In this document: positions 1-9,041 of the stretch, piece after piece
Layout: each line of letters starts with the position of its first letter
Position numbering within the stretch: the first letter of the stretch is position 1
From: a virus
Lineage: Duplodnaviria > Caudoviricetes
Strand: one strand, 5' to 3'
IMG/VR virus record: IMGVR_UViG_3300020056_000120
Coordinates: 1 to 28,478 of that record
Length of the DNA: 28,478 bases
The notes under the pieces: generated by a model
Database searches by the model: none
What the model was told of the DNA's origin: nothing
The model's input: the letters and a program-made list of their open reading frames with translations, nothing else
Translations under genes and position numbers: made by a program

Positions 1-2
1 GA

Positions 3-1010
3 CAACAGGCAGCTGCTAAAGCAGGATATAACAATGTTTCTACAAATAGAGATTCTATTTTAAACAGATTTAGATCAAGCATTCAATCTGCTGAAGGTTT
101 AGCAAGACCTACTCAATTTATCGTAACTGTAGATGGTCCTAACAATATGTCAGAAGCATTAAGACGTAGAGGATATACGTTTCAAGCAGACGATAAAGAA
201 AAAAGATTTGAAAATTTTAGAAGATTGGCAACAGGCTTAAGACAATCATTACAGTTAAGATTAGATTTATTTTGTAGTGATGTATCAATGCCAGGTAGAA
301 CAATAACAGATGATGTTAATGAACAATATTATGGTCCAAGCAGATCATTTGGTAAAAATGTATCATTTGATGAATTGACATTATCGTTTTACACAGGTCA
401 GGATTTTGATGAAAGAGTTTATTTTGAGGCATGGCAAAATATGGTAATTGATCCTATATCATATGATGCAGGTTACTATGACGATTATGCTGCCCCATGT
501 AAAATTACAATAACACCTTTAAAAAGATCATTTTTAGATACATTGTTGCAATATAAACCAACATCAGAAATGACCTTAGAAGAATTAGATAAGTTAAGAG
601 GACTAGTTGGATCAAATGAGTCAGCATATCAACTTCAATGCTATGAAGTGTATCCTAAATCTATTTCAGCACAACAGATGAGTTATAGTTCAAGCAATGC
701 ATTTGTAAAAGTTGATGTTACATTTAAATATAGATATTGGGCATCAACAACAGAAAATGTGTCGGCTGTTAACTTTAATAACATTGAAGGAAAAGATGGT
801 ATAAATGAGTACAGAAAAAATACTACTATTGAAGGTGGTCAAGGATTTTTAGATAATTTACCATTTGGTTTAGGTGGTATTGCAAGATCAGTAGGAAGAC
901 AAGTTTATGAGAAATTTAGGAGAGATACACCTATTGGCAGAATAACAGGAGGAAGGGTATTTCCTAAAGGATTACCTGAACCTAAAATTATAAGAGATAT
1001 ATTATACTAA
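3..1010 (+). CDS. gp54: T4 gp54-like baseplate tail-tube initiator (gp19/gp54 fold), 5'-truncated by the window edge
   Basis: The frame of the 147..1010 ORF is open back to position 3 and encodes GLARPTQFIVTV, a typical gp54 N-terminal motif. It also has C-x-x-V-x-M-P-G, F-x-x-W-Q-x-x-V and YPKSI...V-T-F-x-Y-R-Y-W motifs. It lies upstream of gp26. Confidence 0.8.
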   Translation, partial: QQAAAKAGYNNVSTNRDSILNRFRSSIQSAEGLARPTQFIVTVDGPNNMSEALRRRGYTFQADDKEKRFENFRRLATGLRQSLQLRLDLFCSDVSMPGRTITDDVNEQYYGPSRSFGKNVSFDELTLSFYTGQDFDERVYFEAWQNMVIDPISYDAGYYDDYAAPCKITITPLKRSFLDTLLQYKPTSEMTLEELDKLRGLVGSNESAYQLQCYEVYPKSISAQQMSYSSSNAFVKVDVTFKYRYWASTTENVSAVNFNNIEGKDGINEYRKNTTIEGGQGFLDNLPFGLGGIARSVGRQVYEKFRRDTPIGRITGGRVFPKGLPEPKIIRDILY

Positions 1011-1039
1011 TATATAATATTACAAAATGAGGAGTAATA

Positions 1040-1735
1040 ATGAGTTTACCATTAATTAAAGTGCCTGAATACAATTTGAATTTGTCAAATGATATAAAGG
1101 TAAGATTTAGACCGTTTTTAGTAAAAGAGGAAAAAGTTTTACTATTAGCGATTGAAACAAGAGATGAAGACGAGATCACTAAAGCTTTTATTGATATTGT
1201 TCAATCTTGTGTTTTATCAGATGTAGATGTGACCAAAGTTCCGTTTTATGACTTTGAATGGATTTGGTTAAATATAAGAGCAAAGTCAGTTGGTGAAAAT
1301 ATTGAATTAAAATTAAAGTGTCCAGATGATGAGTCAATGATTGTTGATTACACTTTAAAAATTGAAGACATTAAACCAGATTTGAATAAGACGATTAATA
1401 ATAAAATTGAGTTTGAACCAAACTATGGTGTAATTATGAAAGTTCCTACGATAAAAGATGTGGGAAGTAAAAAAGGTCTTGTTGAATTAAGTACAGGTTT
1501 AATACGTGATTGTATTCAAACTATTTACAACGGTGAAGAAGTGTTTGATAGAAAAGATATTGAAGTAAAAGAGTTAGAAGAATTTGTTGAAAATTTAACT
1601 ATGAGTCAGTTTAAAAAACTATCTAAGTTTTTTGAAGAACTGCCACAAATTGAACATACTATAAAATATAAAAACCCAAAGACTAATAAAGAATTTGAGT
1701 TTGAAATGAAAGGTGCGGCTGATTTTTTTCAATAA
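1040..1735 (+). CDS. gp26: T4 gp26-like baseplate hub subunit / assembly chaperone
   Basis: Motifs MSLP..VPEY.L, RFRPFLVKEEKVLLLA, D.EWIWLNIRAKSVGE and a C-terminal G..DFF. SD GAGGAG upstream. Confidence 0.88.
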   Translation: MSLPLIKVPEYNLNLSNDIKVRFRPFLVKEEKVLLLAIETRDEDEITKAFIDIVQSCVLSDVDVTKVPFYDFEWIWLNIRAKSVGENIELKLKCPDDESMIVDYTLKIEDIKPDLNKTINNKIEFEPNYGVIMKVPTIKDVGSKKGLVELSTGLIRDCIQTIYNGEEVFDRKDIEVKELEEFVENLTMSQFKKLSKFFEELPQIEHTIKYKNPKTNKEFEFEMKGAADFFQ

Positions 1736-1920
1736 CCCTCTCACATGAGAGCCTGGAGAATATCTATCGTACTAATTTTGCATTAATACATCATCACAAA
1801 TATTCTTTAACAGAGCTTGAGAACATGATGCCGTGGGAGAGGGAAATTTATATTGAAATGTTACTACAATATTTAAGAGAAGAAAAACAAAGATTGGAAG
1901 AACAAAGAAGGAGTAAGTAA
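1723..1920 (+). CDS. gp51: gp51-like baseplate hub assembly protein, lacking a canonical start; probably expressed as a -1 frameshift extension of gp26
   Basis: The -1 frame reads FFSITLSHESLENIYRTNFALIHHHKYSLTELENMMPWEREIYIEMLLQYLREEKQRLEEQRRSK*, matching the gp51 family motif Y..NF.L..HHKYSL.E.ENM.PWER.IY. It is bounded upstream by TGA 1720-1722, and the first ATG is only at 1825. Not in the ORF track. Confidence 0.8.
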   Translation, partial: FFSITLSHESLENIYRTNFALIHHHKYSLTELENMMPWEREIYIEMLLQYLREEKQRLEEQRRSK

Positions 1921-2189
1921 TGATAGAAGTAGGAAAAAATATAATAGTAAACATATGGGTATTTTTAAGAGATGAAGTGCCTCAGTTTATGTCAAACTGG
2001 AGATTAATACCAAGAGTATTCATGTTGTTATATGGATATGCTTTTTACATGACAATGCAATGGTTTATGGCACTACCTGAACCAAACAATGCACAGGCAG
2101 GTTTTGTGTCTGTTGTTGTGGGTGCTGGTGCAGCTTGGTTTGGTTTATATGTAAATGGTAAACCCAGTAAAATAGAAACTAAGAAATAA
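1920..2189 (+). CDS. Small two-TM membrane protein (holin-like candidate)
   Basis: Two hydrophobic segments (RVFMLLYGYAFYMTMQWFM; AGFVSVVVGAGAAWFGLYV) and a basic C-tail. TAATG overlap with the gp51 stop; SD AAGGAG. Confidence 0.6.
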   Translation: MIEVGKNIIVNIWVFLRDEVPQFMSNWRLIPRVFMLLYGYAFYMTMQWFMALPEPNNAQAGFVSVVVGAGAAWFGLYVNGKPSKIETKK

Positions 2190-2195
2190 TAAACA

Positions 2196-3905
2196 ATGGC
2201 AAAGGCACCAAGAGGACCAAAAGTTAAAGACACCAAATTGACATTTGGTGAATCCACAGATACGTTTAGACCAAAGATTGGTCAGTTACGTAAAACTGAA
2301 TTTGGATCAATTCTTGCAAAACAAAAAAAGAAGTTTAAAGAAGAAGGTGATAGTTACATCTTTGGTGAAACAATGGTCAAATATTTTGATCGTGTAAGAA
2401 AAGGATACAATTATACTGAAGAAAATCTAAAAAAAGAACAAATCAGAAAACCTGTTATAGACTACATTTTTAATTATGGTTTAAGTTTAGATGGGTTAAG
2501 AGATATGGGATTTGATGAAATAAATGATTTTCAAAAAGTTACATCACAATACCTATCAGATTTAAAAAAATCAGGACTAAATGATAAAGAGTCAACAGTT
2601 GTAACAAATCTAGTTGGTGGAGTTAATGAAAGACTTAAAGACTTATTAGGTGTAACGACAAGATTGAAATTTGGTGTAAAGGACTTTTTAAAACAGTTTG
2701 CACCATTAAAACTACTTCAAAGATATGCACCAGGTCCTGTTGCTGATTTTGCACAAAAAATAGAAAGTAGAAAGGATCAAGCAGAGCGACAACAACAACA
2801 AACAAGACGAGCATTAATAAAGTCTGGTAGAAAAAGTGGTTCTATTTCAACTGCCTCAAGTGATTTTGGTCCTAGTTTAGATACAGAATCTGGCAGAGAA
2901 GAAATTGCTAGTAGAACTGCCATGAGTAATGCATTAACTGGTGGTATTAAAACTCCTTCATTTGATAAAGAAACAATGGTTGAAGAAGAAAGAGAATCTG
3001 ATGCTCAATTTGGTGAAACAAAAACAATATTAGAAAAAATACTAGAGGCACAGTTAGAAACAAACGAACTATTAGGTGGTGATAAAAAGGCAGATGACTC
3101 AGGTTTTCTAGGTTTTGAACTACCAGACGTTCCATCAGAGGTAGTAGCTGCAGGTGCAGGAGCAGCTGGATTCAAATATAGAAAAAAAATAGCAAGCATG
3201 TTTGGTAAGATTTTAAAGGGTTTTGGTATTGCTACACCACTTGCAGCAAAAATGATAAACTATGGCGCACCCAAAGATGATTTAAAAGGTAGTGCTGATG
3301 ATAAGGATAAAGATAAAAAGAAACAAAAATTAAAAGATGGCCAAAAACAATTATCAAAATCAAAAAATATACTTAAAAAGTCAACATCATTTGCTAAAGG
3401 TATTTTAAAACCATTGGCACCAATTATTGCGACATATGATGCAGTTACAGGATTTTTAAATGCTGAGGAAATATTACAAGCAGCTCCAGAGGAGACACTT
3501 ACTTGGTATGAAAAATCTATTGCAGGATTATCAAAAGCATTAGATTCATTTACATTTGGCGCTTTGGATGCAAGTAAAACTGCTAGATTTTTGACTGGTA
3601 GAAGAACTGAAGAAGAAAAATTAGAAGACAGAGCAAACATACCACCCATTTATGGCAATCCATCTGTTGATGAAGGTGCTAGTGTGGGTATGGATTCTTA
3701 TGTTTCAACTCAAAAAGCAGATGAGATTATGGCCGAGAATATGAGTAAAAATGTTGAAGCACAGGCATCTATAATCAATAGTAATAACACTGTAAATTCT
3801 AATAATGTGACCAACAATATAAGTAACACTCAAAAAGGTTCAAGTGATTCAGTACCTTTAACACCAGAAAATCTTGCTAATGAACTTTTAACAAATTCTT
3901 ACTAA
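2196..3905 (+). CDS. Probable tape measure / baseplate hub protein (gp29-like)
   Basis: 569 aa, helical and charged with A/G-rich hydrophobic patches and an N/S-rich C-terminus. It sits between gp26/51 and gp48, and its size is similar to T4 gp29. Assignment is mainly by synteny. Confidence 0.6.
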   Translation: MAKAPRGPKVKDTKLTFGESTDTFRPKIGQLRKTEFGSILAKQKKKFKEEGDSYIFGETMVKYFDRVRKGYNYTEENLKKEQIRKPVIDYIFNYGLSLDGLRDMGFDEINDFQKVTSQYLSDLKKSGLNDKESTVVTNLVGGVNERLKDLLGVTTRLKFGVKDFLKQFAPLKLLQRYAPGPVADFAQKIESRKDQAERQQQQTRRALIKSGRKSGSISTASSDFGPSLDTESGREEIASRTAMSNALTGGIKTPSFDKETMVEEERESDAQFGETKTILEKILEAQLETNELLGGDKKADDSGFLGFELPDVPSEVVAAGAGAAGFKYRKKIASMFGKILKGFGIATPLAAKMINYGAPKDDLKGSADDKDKDKKKQKLKDGQKQLSKSKNILKKSTSFAKGILKPLAPIIATYDAVTGFLNAEEILQAAPEETLTWYEKSIAGLSKALDSFTFGALDASKTARFLTGRRTEEEKLEDRANIPPIYGNPSVDEGASVGMDSYVSTQKADEIMAENMSKNVEAQASIINSNNTVNSNNVTNNISNTQKGSSDSVPLTPENLANELLTNSY

Positions 3906-3910
3906 TAACG

Positions 3911-3918
3911 AATAAATA
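3911..3918 (+). promoter_or_regulatory. T4-type late promoter variant (AATAAATA)
   Basis: 7/8 match to TATAAATA in the short intergenic gap, 5 nt before the gp48 ATG. Confidence 0.55.
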
Positions 3919-3923
3919 TTAAC

Positions 3924-4916
3924 ATGTCAAATAATAACTTTTTAAACAGAATATACAACGGTACGTCTTTAAGAGGTAAGTATGCAAAGACAGAAAATAA
4001 TATACGTAATACCTCAGATACAAGTAGAAATTTTAAAAGATTTGCTGGTCCAAATGTAACTGTTTATCCTGAACAAGCTGCTGATCAACAACATTTTATC
4101 ATATTTGATATATTACAAAGAAGGCCTGGCAATATGCCACAAAATCTATCTTTTAGTTCAGGATCATCTGCCATAGGAACTGGTGATGTTCAAAAAATTA
4201 TACAAGGAAAGACAAATTTTTTAGGTGATGGATTTGCAGGACAATCAGCAAAAAGACGTGTGGTTCAAACAATTGCATTGTATATGCCACAAACACTATC
4301 TTTTACAACTAAAGTAAACTACGGTGAAATGGAGGCAGGATTATTTACTGGTGCATTTCTAAAAATTAAAAACGAGATGGCAAAAAAAGAGGGTGTTTTA
4401 GAAAAATTAGGCGCCATAATACCTGCAAAAGAGGACATAGCAAAATATATACCTAATGAAACTGCTCGAGCAGTTTTTCAAAAGACAACAAACACAGCGC
4501 CAGCAGCTTACAAAGACGTTTTATTTGAAGGTATAGACTATCGTAACTTTAACTTTACGTTTAAGTTTACACCAAGAAATCCAGCTGAAACTGAAATGGT
4601 AGAAAAAATATGTGATACTTTTAAATATCATTCGTTACCATCATCAAAAAGTGAAGAAGGTGGACCTATTTCAGCATATAACTTACCAGAAGAATTTGTA
4701 ATAAGATTCTATTATAAAACAGCACCAAACAAATATATTGATTCAATAGGTCTTTGTGCTTTGCAGGAAGTAGGAGTTAACTATGGTGGAGATAAATTTT
4801 CAACACATAAAGATGGAAGTCCTGTCACCACTGAATTAACATTATCATTTAGAGAACTTGAACTTATTGATAAACTAAGACATAGACAGTTACGTAGATT
4901 AAGAGATGGGAATTAA
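3924..4916 (+). CDS. gp48: T4 gp48-like baseplate tail-tube cap
   Basis: Motifs IALYMP, LFEGIDYRNFNFTFKFTPRN..E, P.EF.I and L.LSF.E.E. Followed by gp53. Confidence 0.88.
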   Translation: MSNNNFLNRIYNGTSLRGKYAKTENNIRNTSDTSRNFKRFAGPNVTVYPEQAADQQHFIIFDILQRRPGNMPQNLSFSSGSSAIGTGDVQKIIQGKTNFLGDGFAGQSAKRRVVQTIALYMPQTLSFTTKVNYGEMEAGLFTGAFLKIKNEMAKKEGVLEKLGAIIPAKEDIAKYIPNETARAVFQKTTNTAPAAYKDVLFEGIDYRNFNFTFKFTPRNPAETEMVEKICDTFKYHSLPSSKSEEGGPISAYNLPEEFVIRFYYKTAPNKYIDSIGLCALQEVGVNYGGDKFSTHKDGSPVTTELTLSFRELELIDKLRHRQLRRLRDGN

Positions 4917-4918
4917 AA

Positions 4919-5446
4919 ATGCCAAAGTATTTCAGTTATTATCCTAAGATTTTGTATGATGTAGAGGGAAATGGTAATCCTAAAGTAATAACAAATCTTT
5001 TAAGACGTGTTAAAATTAAAAATGGATTAAAGGAATCAGCATCATTATTTGATGAGGTTGAAGTACAAAATGGTGAAACACCAGAGATATTAGCAGACAA
5101 CTTTTATGGTGATCAAAAATACTATTGGATTATATTGTTATTTAATAATATCAAAGACAGATTTTACGATTGGCCGTTAGACAATGTACAATTTGAAAAC
5201 TATATAAATGACAAATATACAAATCCTAATGCTGTTCATCATTATGAAATAACACAAGAAAGTGGTCCTACATCATCAAGTGATGACTCACACAAAATAC
5301 AAGTAAACAGCACAACACCAGGTGCAACTGCTGTTACTAATTATGAATATGAAGAAAGATTACAACTAAAAAAGAGATTGATAAGAGTTTTAAGACCACA
5401 GTTTTTATCTTTGTTTATGGTTGAGTTTACATCTCTAATTAGTTAA
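4919..5446 (+). CDS. gp53: T4 gp53-like baseplate wedge protein (LysM-like)
   Basis: Motifs YFSYYP, GETPEILA..FYG...YYWIILL.N...DWPL, HHYE and VTNYEYE. Confidence 0.9.
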   Translation: MPKYFSYYPKILYDVEGNGNPKVITNLLRRVKIKNGLKESASLFDEVEVQNGETPEILADNFYGDQKYYWIILLFNNIKDRFYDWPLDNVQFENYINDKYTNPNAVHHYEITQESGPTSSSDDSHKIQVNSTTPGATAVTNYEYEERLQLKKRLIRVLRPQFLSLFMVEFTSLIS

Positions 5447-5454
5447 TATGAATT

Positions 5455-7494
5455 ATGCCAAGAGAATTACACACAGATCCACCTCAAACAAATACAGTAG
5501 AATACGATAATAACTTTTATCGTTATCAAGGTGACACAAGAGTCAGCAACGTACTTTTATATAGTTATCGTGGTAAAGATGGTCCTATATTAGACATTAC
5601 AGACTCAACAGCAACAATTACAATATATCAAAGCATAGACAACAACTTTATTACAGGTGATTTGTTACTTAATGATACAAAAGGTTTGTATTCTAAATTT
5701 CCTATTATAGGACAGGAGTTCTTAGAATTTAAAATGAGAACACCTATTATGAATGACGGTGATGAAGAAATAGACTTTACAAATTTCAGATTACATGTAC
5801 ATAAAGCAAAAGCAATAAAGTCAACTCAAAACGCACAAGCAGTTTTACTATCATTTTCATCAGTAGAGTTAAGCCGAAATCAAAGAGTTAAGGTTTCTCA
5901 ATCAATGACAGGCACCTATGGTGAGATGGTTGATAAGATGATTAAAGGTAAAAAGTATTTAAATAGTAAAAAGGTGGTAATGGTTGATGATACAAAAGGT
6001 AATGATAAAATTGTTTTTCCTAATTTAAGACCTGTTGATGCAGTAAACATGTTGGCATCTATAGCTGAACCACAAGATTTTAAATCGGCTGGTTATAAGT
6101 TTTTTGAAAACAAACGAGGTTTTCATTTTAGATGTATTGAAAGTTTATATCGGTCAGCACAAAACAATAATGAGTTAAGACCATTTATTGCTTATTATGA
6201 TTTAAGAATATCAGGTCAACCATCATTTGACGCACCTGCTTTAGATCCGACCGAGATATTACAAAAACCATATGGATTTAGATACAACACCGAATTAGAT
6301 ACCGTAAAGTCATCCCGATTAGGACACTTTGCAAGTAAAAACATTTCACACGATATGTTTACAAAGACATACAATACACACAGATCAAGTTATACCGAAT
6401 TGTATTACAGAAAATTACACATTGATAATGTAAATTCATCTTCTTATCATGGCATGATGCCACCAGGTGCAGCTGAGTTAGATGATGAACACACACCAGA
6501 CAGTAAGACCTATGGTTTAAATAATCCAAAAATACTAAGTGCCTTAAAAAAGACACCAATTGGTCAATCTTACAATAGATCAAAGTATTCAGATTATTTT
6601 GATAGTCGCCTACGTTTAATACCTGATACAAGCAATTTACATGAAAACATTACAACAGGTGATCAAGGTCGTATTTCTGCTGATTACACAAACAGTACTG
6701 ATACGTCCAGATTTATTTCAATTACTATTGAAGCGCCTGGTAACTTTACGGTTGCAGCTGGTGACCTTGTATGGGTTGATTATCCAGAGTTTGTTGAAGA
6801 AGTTGCTGAAGAACATAATATTGAAGACGTAAATCCTATGTTATCAGGACGTTATCTAGTTAAAAGTGTAAATCATACCGTAGATTTAGTTGCAAATAAT
6901 CACCGTATGTCAATAATCGTAGAAAGAGATATATTTTCAACATATCAGGAGTTACCGACATATGACTTTCCAGAGTATTCAACAAAAGTGACAAATGTAT
7001 TATCATCGGCTATATCTACAAGTACATATACTCCAATAGACAGAAAAAAAGGTTTTATAACATTACCCGATGGTTCTAAAAAGGTATTAGATACCATTAC
7101 TAAGAACGTACCAAGCGCACAAATACAAACAGTTGAAGATGTAATAGATAGACTTGGTTTTAACGCAAATTCACTTACTGACGCACAAAACAAGGCAGTA
7201 AATGCTGTTGTCAATAGTGCCACAAATAGAGTTAAACAAAACAAGTATATTGCCGCTATAAGTGATAAGGTTGCAGAAAGTAAGTCTGTAATCAATAACA
7301 TAGTCAAAAACGTGTCTGGAATCGCCCTCCCGAACGTTCCTACGAGTATTGAGGGTATAAAACAGTTAGGACTATCAAAAGGTATAAATGCCGTTGCTAG
7401 CAAGTTAAAAGACAATGCTTTTGTTAAGTCAGCAATAGCAAACTTTAAACAGTTTAGATCAAGTGCTACGTCTTTTATTAAAGGATTATTCTAA
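5455..7494 (+). CDS. Baseplate hub protein (gp27-like) with C-terminal extension
   Basis: Motifs IYQSI....ITG.L...D, FPIIGQE.L, FFEN..GFHF..IE.L, PGN....AGD.V and SGRYLV..V.H are typical of hub proteins. It lies between gp53 and gp5. Confidence 0.72.
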   Translation: MPRELHTDPPQTNTVEYDNNFYRYQGDTRVSNVLLYSYRGKDGPILDITDSTATITIYQSIDNNFITGDLLLNDTKGLYSKFPIIGQEFLEFKMRTPIMNDGDEEIDFTNFRLHVHKAKAIKSTQNAQAVLLSFSSVELSRNQRVKVSQSMTGTYGEMVDKMIKGKKYLNSKKVVMVDDTKGNDKIVFPNLRPVDAVNMLASIAEPQDFKSAGYKFFENKRGFHFRCIESLYRSAQNNNELRPFIAYYDLRISGQPSFDAPALDPTEILQKPYGFRYNTELDTVKSSRLGHFASKNISHDMFTKTYNTHRSSYTELYYRKLHIDNVNSSSYHGMMPPGAAELDDEHTPDSKTYGLNNPKILSALKKTPIGQSYNRSKYSDYFDSRLRLIPDTSNLHENITTGDQGRISADYTNSTDTSRFISITIEAPGNFTVAAGDLVWVDYPEFVEEVAEEHNIEDVNPMLSGRYLVKSVNHTVDLVANNHRMSIIVERDIFSTYQELPTYDFPEYSTKVTNVLSSAISTSTYTPIDRKKGFITLPDGSKKVLDTITKNVPSAQIQTVEDVIDRLGFNANSLTDAQNKAVNAVVNSATNRVKQNKYIAAISDKVAESKSVINNIVKNVSGIALPNVPTSIEGIKQLGLSKGINAVASKLKDNAFVKSAIANFKQFRSSATSFIKGLF

Positions 7495-7667
7495 GATGAT
7501 ACAAACATTGAGCATCCTCAAAGTTTATTGCGAGTTTAGAAAAAAATTTTCCAGAACAACTTTATAGCGGCCATAAGAAAGGTCTCAATAGAGCAAATGT
7601 ACAAAGAATGTAAGAATAGACCTAAGAATTACATAATCTAAAAGGAACAAAGACAATTTGAACAAAT

Positions 7668-7826
7668 ATGATAGAACAAACACTCAATAAGTCAATGAAA
7701 CAGAAAGGTCCTAACAGATGGCCTAGATTAGTGCTTCGCACCGCGGATGCCTACGCAGATTGTTTAAATACGGATAAATATAATAGCTTGAGTGCTTTAA
7801 ATACGGTCATTTATGGGAATTTTTAG
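7668..7826 (+). CDS. Possible 52-aa hypothetical peptide (may be non-coding)
   Basis: Open frame MIEQTLNKSMKQKGPNRWPRLVLRTADAYADCLNTDKYNSLSALNTVIYGNF*. No well-spaced SD and atypical codon use. Confidence 0.25.
   Translation: MIEQTLNKSMKQKGPNRWPRLVLRTADAYADCLNTDKYNSLSALNTVIYGNF
7734..7750. repeat. Left arm of a GC-rich inverted repeat flanking gp5
   Basis: CTTCGCACCGCGGATGC is the reverse complement of GCATCCGCGGTCGAAG at 9132-9147 except for one bulged base. Confidence 0.7.
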
Positions 7827-7843
7827 TAAACATTAGGAGAATT

Positions 7844-8941
7844 ATGGAACAGTATTCAGATTTTATGGGCAGAGATGGATTTGTATGGTTCATTGGTGTT
7901 GTTGAAGATCGTAAGGATCCTGAGAAACTTGGCCGTGTTCGTGTACGTTGTTTAGGTTTTCATACAGATGATAAAGAGTTATTACCTACGGCCGATCTAC
8001 CTTGGTCGCATCCTTTGTTACCTATTACTTCATCAGGCATATCTGGTATCGGCCAGACACCTCTTGGCCTTGTTGAAGGTTCGTGGGTATTAGGTTTCTT
8101 TAGAGATGGTAAATACGCACAAGAGGCCGTTGTAATTGGGGCATTGCCAGGCAAACCTACTTACACAGGTGCAGAGCAGTTACAAAAGGGTCTAGGATTT
8201 TCTGATCCCAATGGTGTCTATCCTTTAGATGTCTACAAAGATCACGCAGATACAAACAAACTGGCCACCAATGATGTTGAGATACCTATACTTGAATTAC
8301 GTAAACTTGACAGAATACTTGGTATACCGACGGCATCAACAATAGCAGTATTTGACGCAGCCTCTGAAGGAGAACTGTGGTCCATGCCTGAAAACACTTA
8401 CGCTGCTGAGTATCCCTATAATCATGTGTTTGCAACTGAAAGCGGCCACATTAAAGAATATGACGATACACCCAATGCTCGTAGAATATTAGAATATCAT
8501 GCAAGTGGTACTGAAACAGAAATAACAGATGATGGTACAAGAACCACAATTCTAAAGTCTTCCGATTACAATGTAACAGAAGGCAATAGTAACGTCTATA
8601 TTAAAGGTAATAGTAATACCACCTTAGGCGGCCATTACAAACTCTTTTTAAACACAGATGGTAAAACAGGCAATAACTATGATATACAGGTCGGCCCTAA
8701 TGCAAATGTCAATATACAAGTAGATGGTGGTAATGTCAATGTATCTGCCTTTACATCACAAAACGGCCCTCAAACAGTTGGTGGGGATATAAACCTATAT
8801 GCAGGTAAAGACATTACTATGGCCGCTACAGGCCAGTTAACCATTAGTGCCAATAAAATCATAGAATCATCACAAACAACAACCACAAGAAGTGCTCAAG
8901 GAGAGTATCACACATACGGTTCTCCTATTGACCATAATTAA
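7844..8941 (+). CDS. gp5: T4 gp5-like baseplate central spike (OB-fold plus beta-helix, no lysozyme domain)
   Basis: N-terminal WFIGVVEDR.DP..LGRVRVRC.G.H...LPW, then YPYNHV..TESGH..EYDDTP...RI..H.SGT, beta-helix repeats and a C-terminal IDHN. SD AGGAG. Confidence 0.92.
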   Translation: MEQYSDFMGRDGFVWFIGVVEDRKDPEKLGRVRVRCLGFHTDDKELLPTADLPWSHPLLPITSSGISGIGQTPLGLVEGSWVLGFFRDGKYAQEAVVIGALPGKPTYTGAEQLQKGLGFSDPNGVYPLDVYKDHADTNKLATNDVEIPILELRKLDRILGIPTASTIAVFDAASEGELWSMPENTYAAEYPYNHVFATESGHIKEYDDTPNARRILEYHASGTETEITDDGTRTTILKSSDYNVTEGNSNVYIKGNSNTTLGGHYKLFLNTDGKTGNNYDIQVGPNANVNIQVDGGNVNVSAFTSQNGPQTVGGDINLYAGKDITMAATGQLTISANKIIESSQTTTTRSAQGEYHTYGSPIDHN

Positions 8942-9041
8942 ACACTATTAAAACTAGGCTGGCCTTGTAATCTATAAAAGTAGTAAGTAACATATGAATA
9001 TATCGAAGCGGCAAACTCAAGGCAAAACCTTAGCCTCATAT

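Noticed and set aside
6240-7070. Local excess of CCG/ACCG in the hub gene
   Set aside because: Only about 10 occurrences of a trimer; too weak to call without statistics.
7496-7567. 23-aa ORF MIQTLSILKVYCEFRKKFSRTTL after the hub gene
   Set aside because: It is too short and has no recognisable features or independent support.
7495-7843. Possible tRNA or group I intron in the gap before gp5
   Set aside because: I recognised no cloverleaf, T-loop or intron core motifs, and both flanking genes appear complete.
7960-8154. Antisense 64-aa ORF inside gp5, considered as an analogue of T4 repEA/repEB
   Set aside because: There is no SD or promoter support, and it is explained as a shadow of the GC-richer sense codons.
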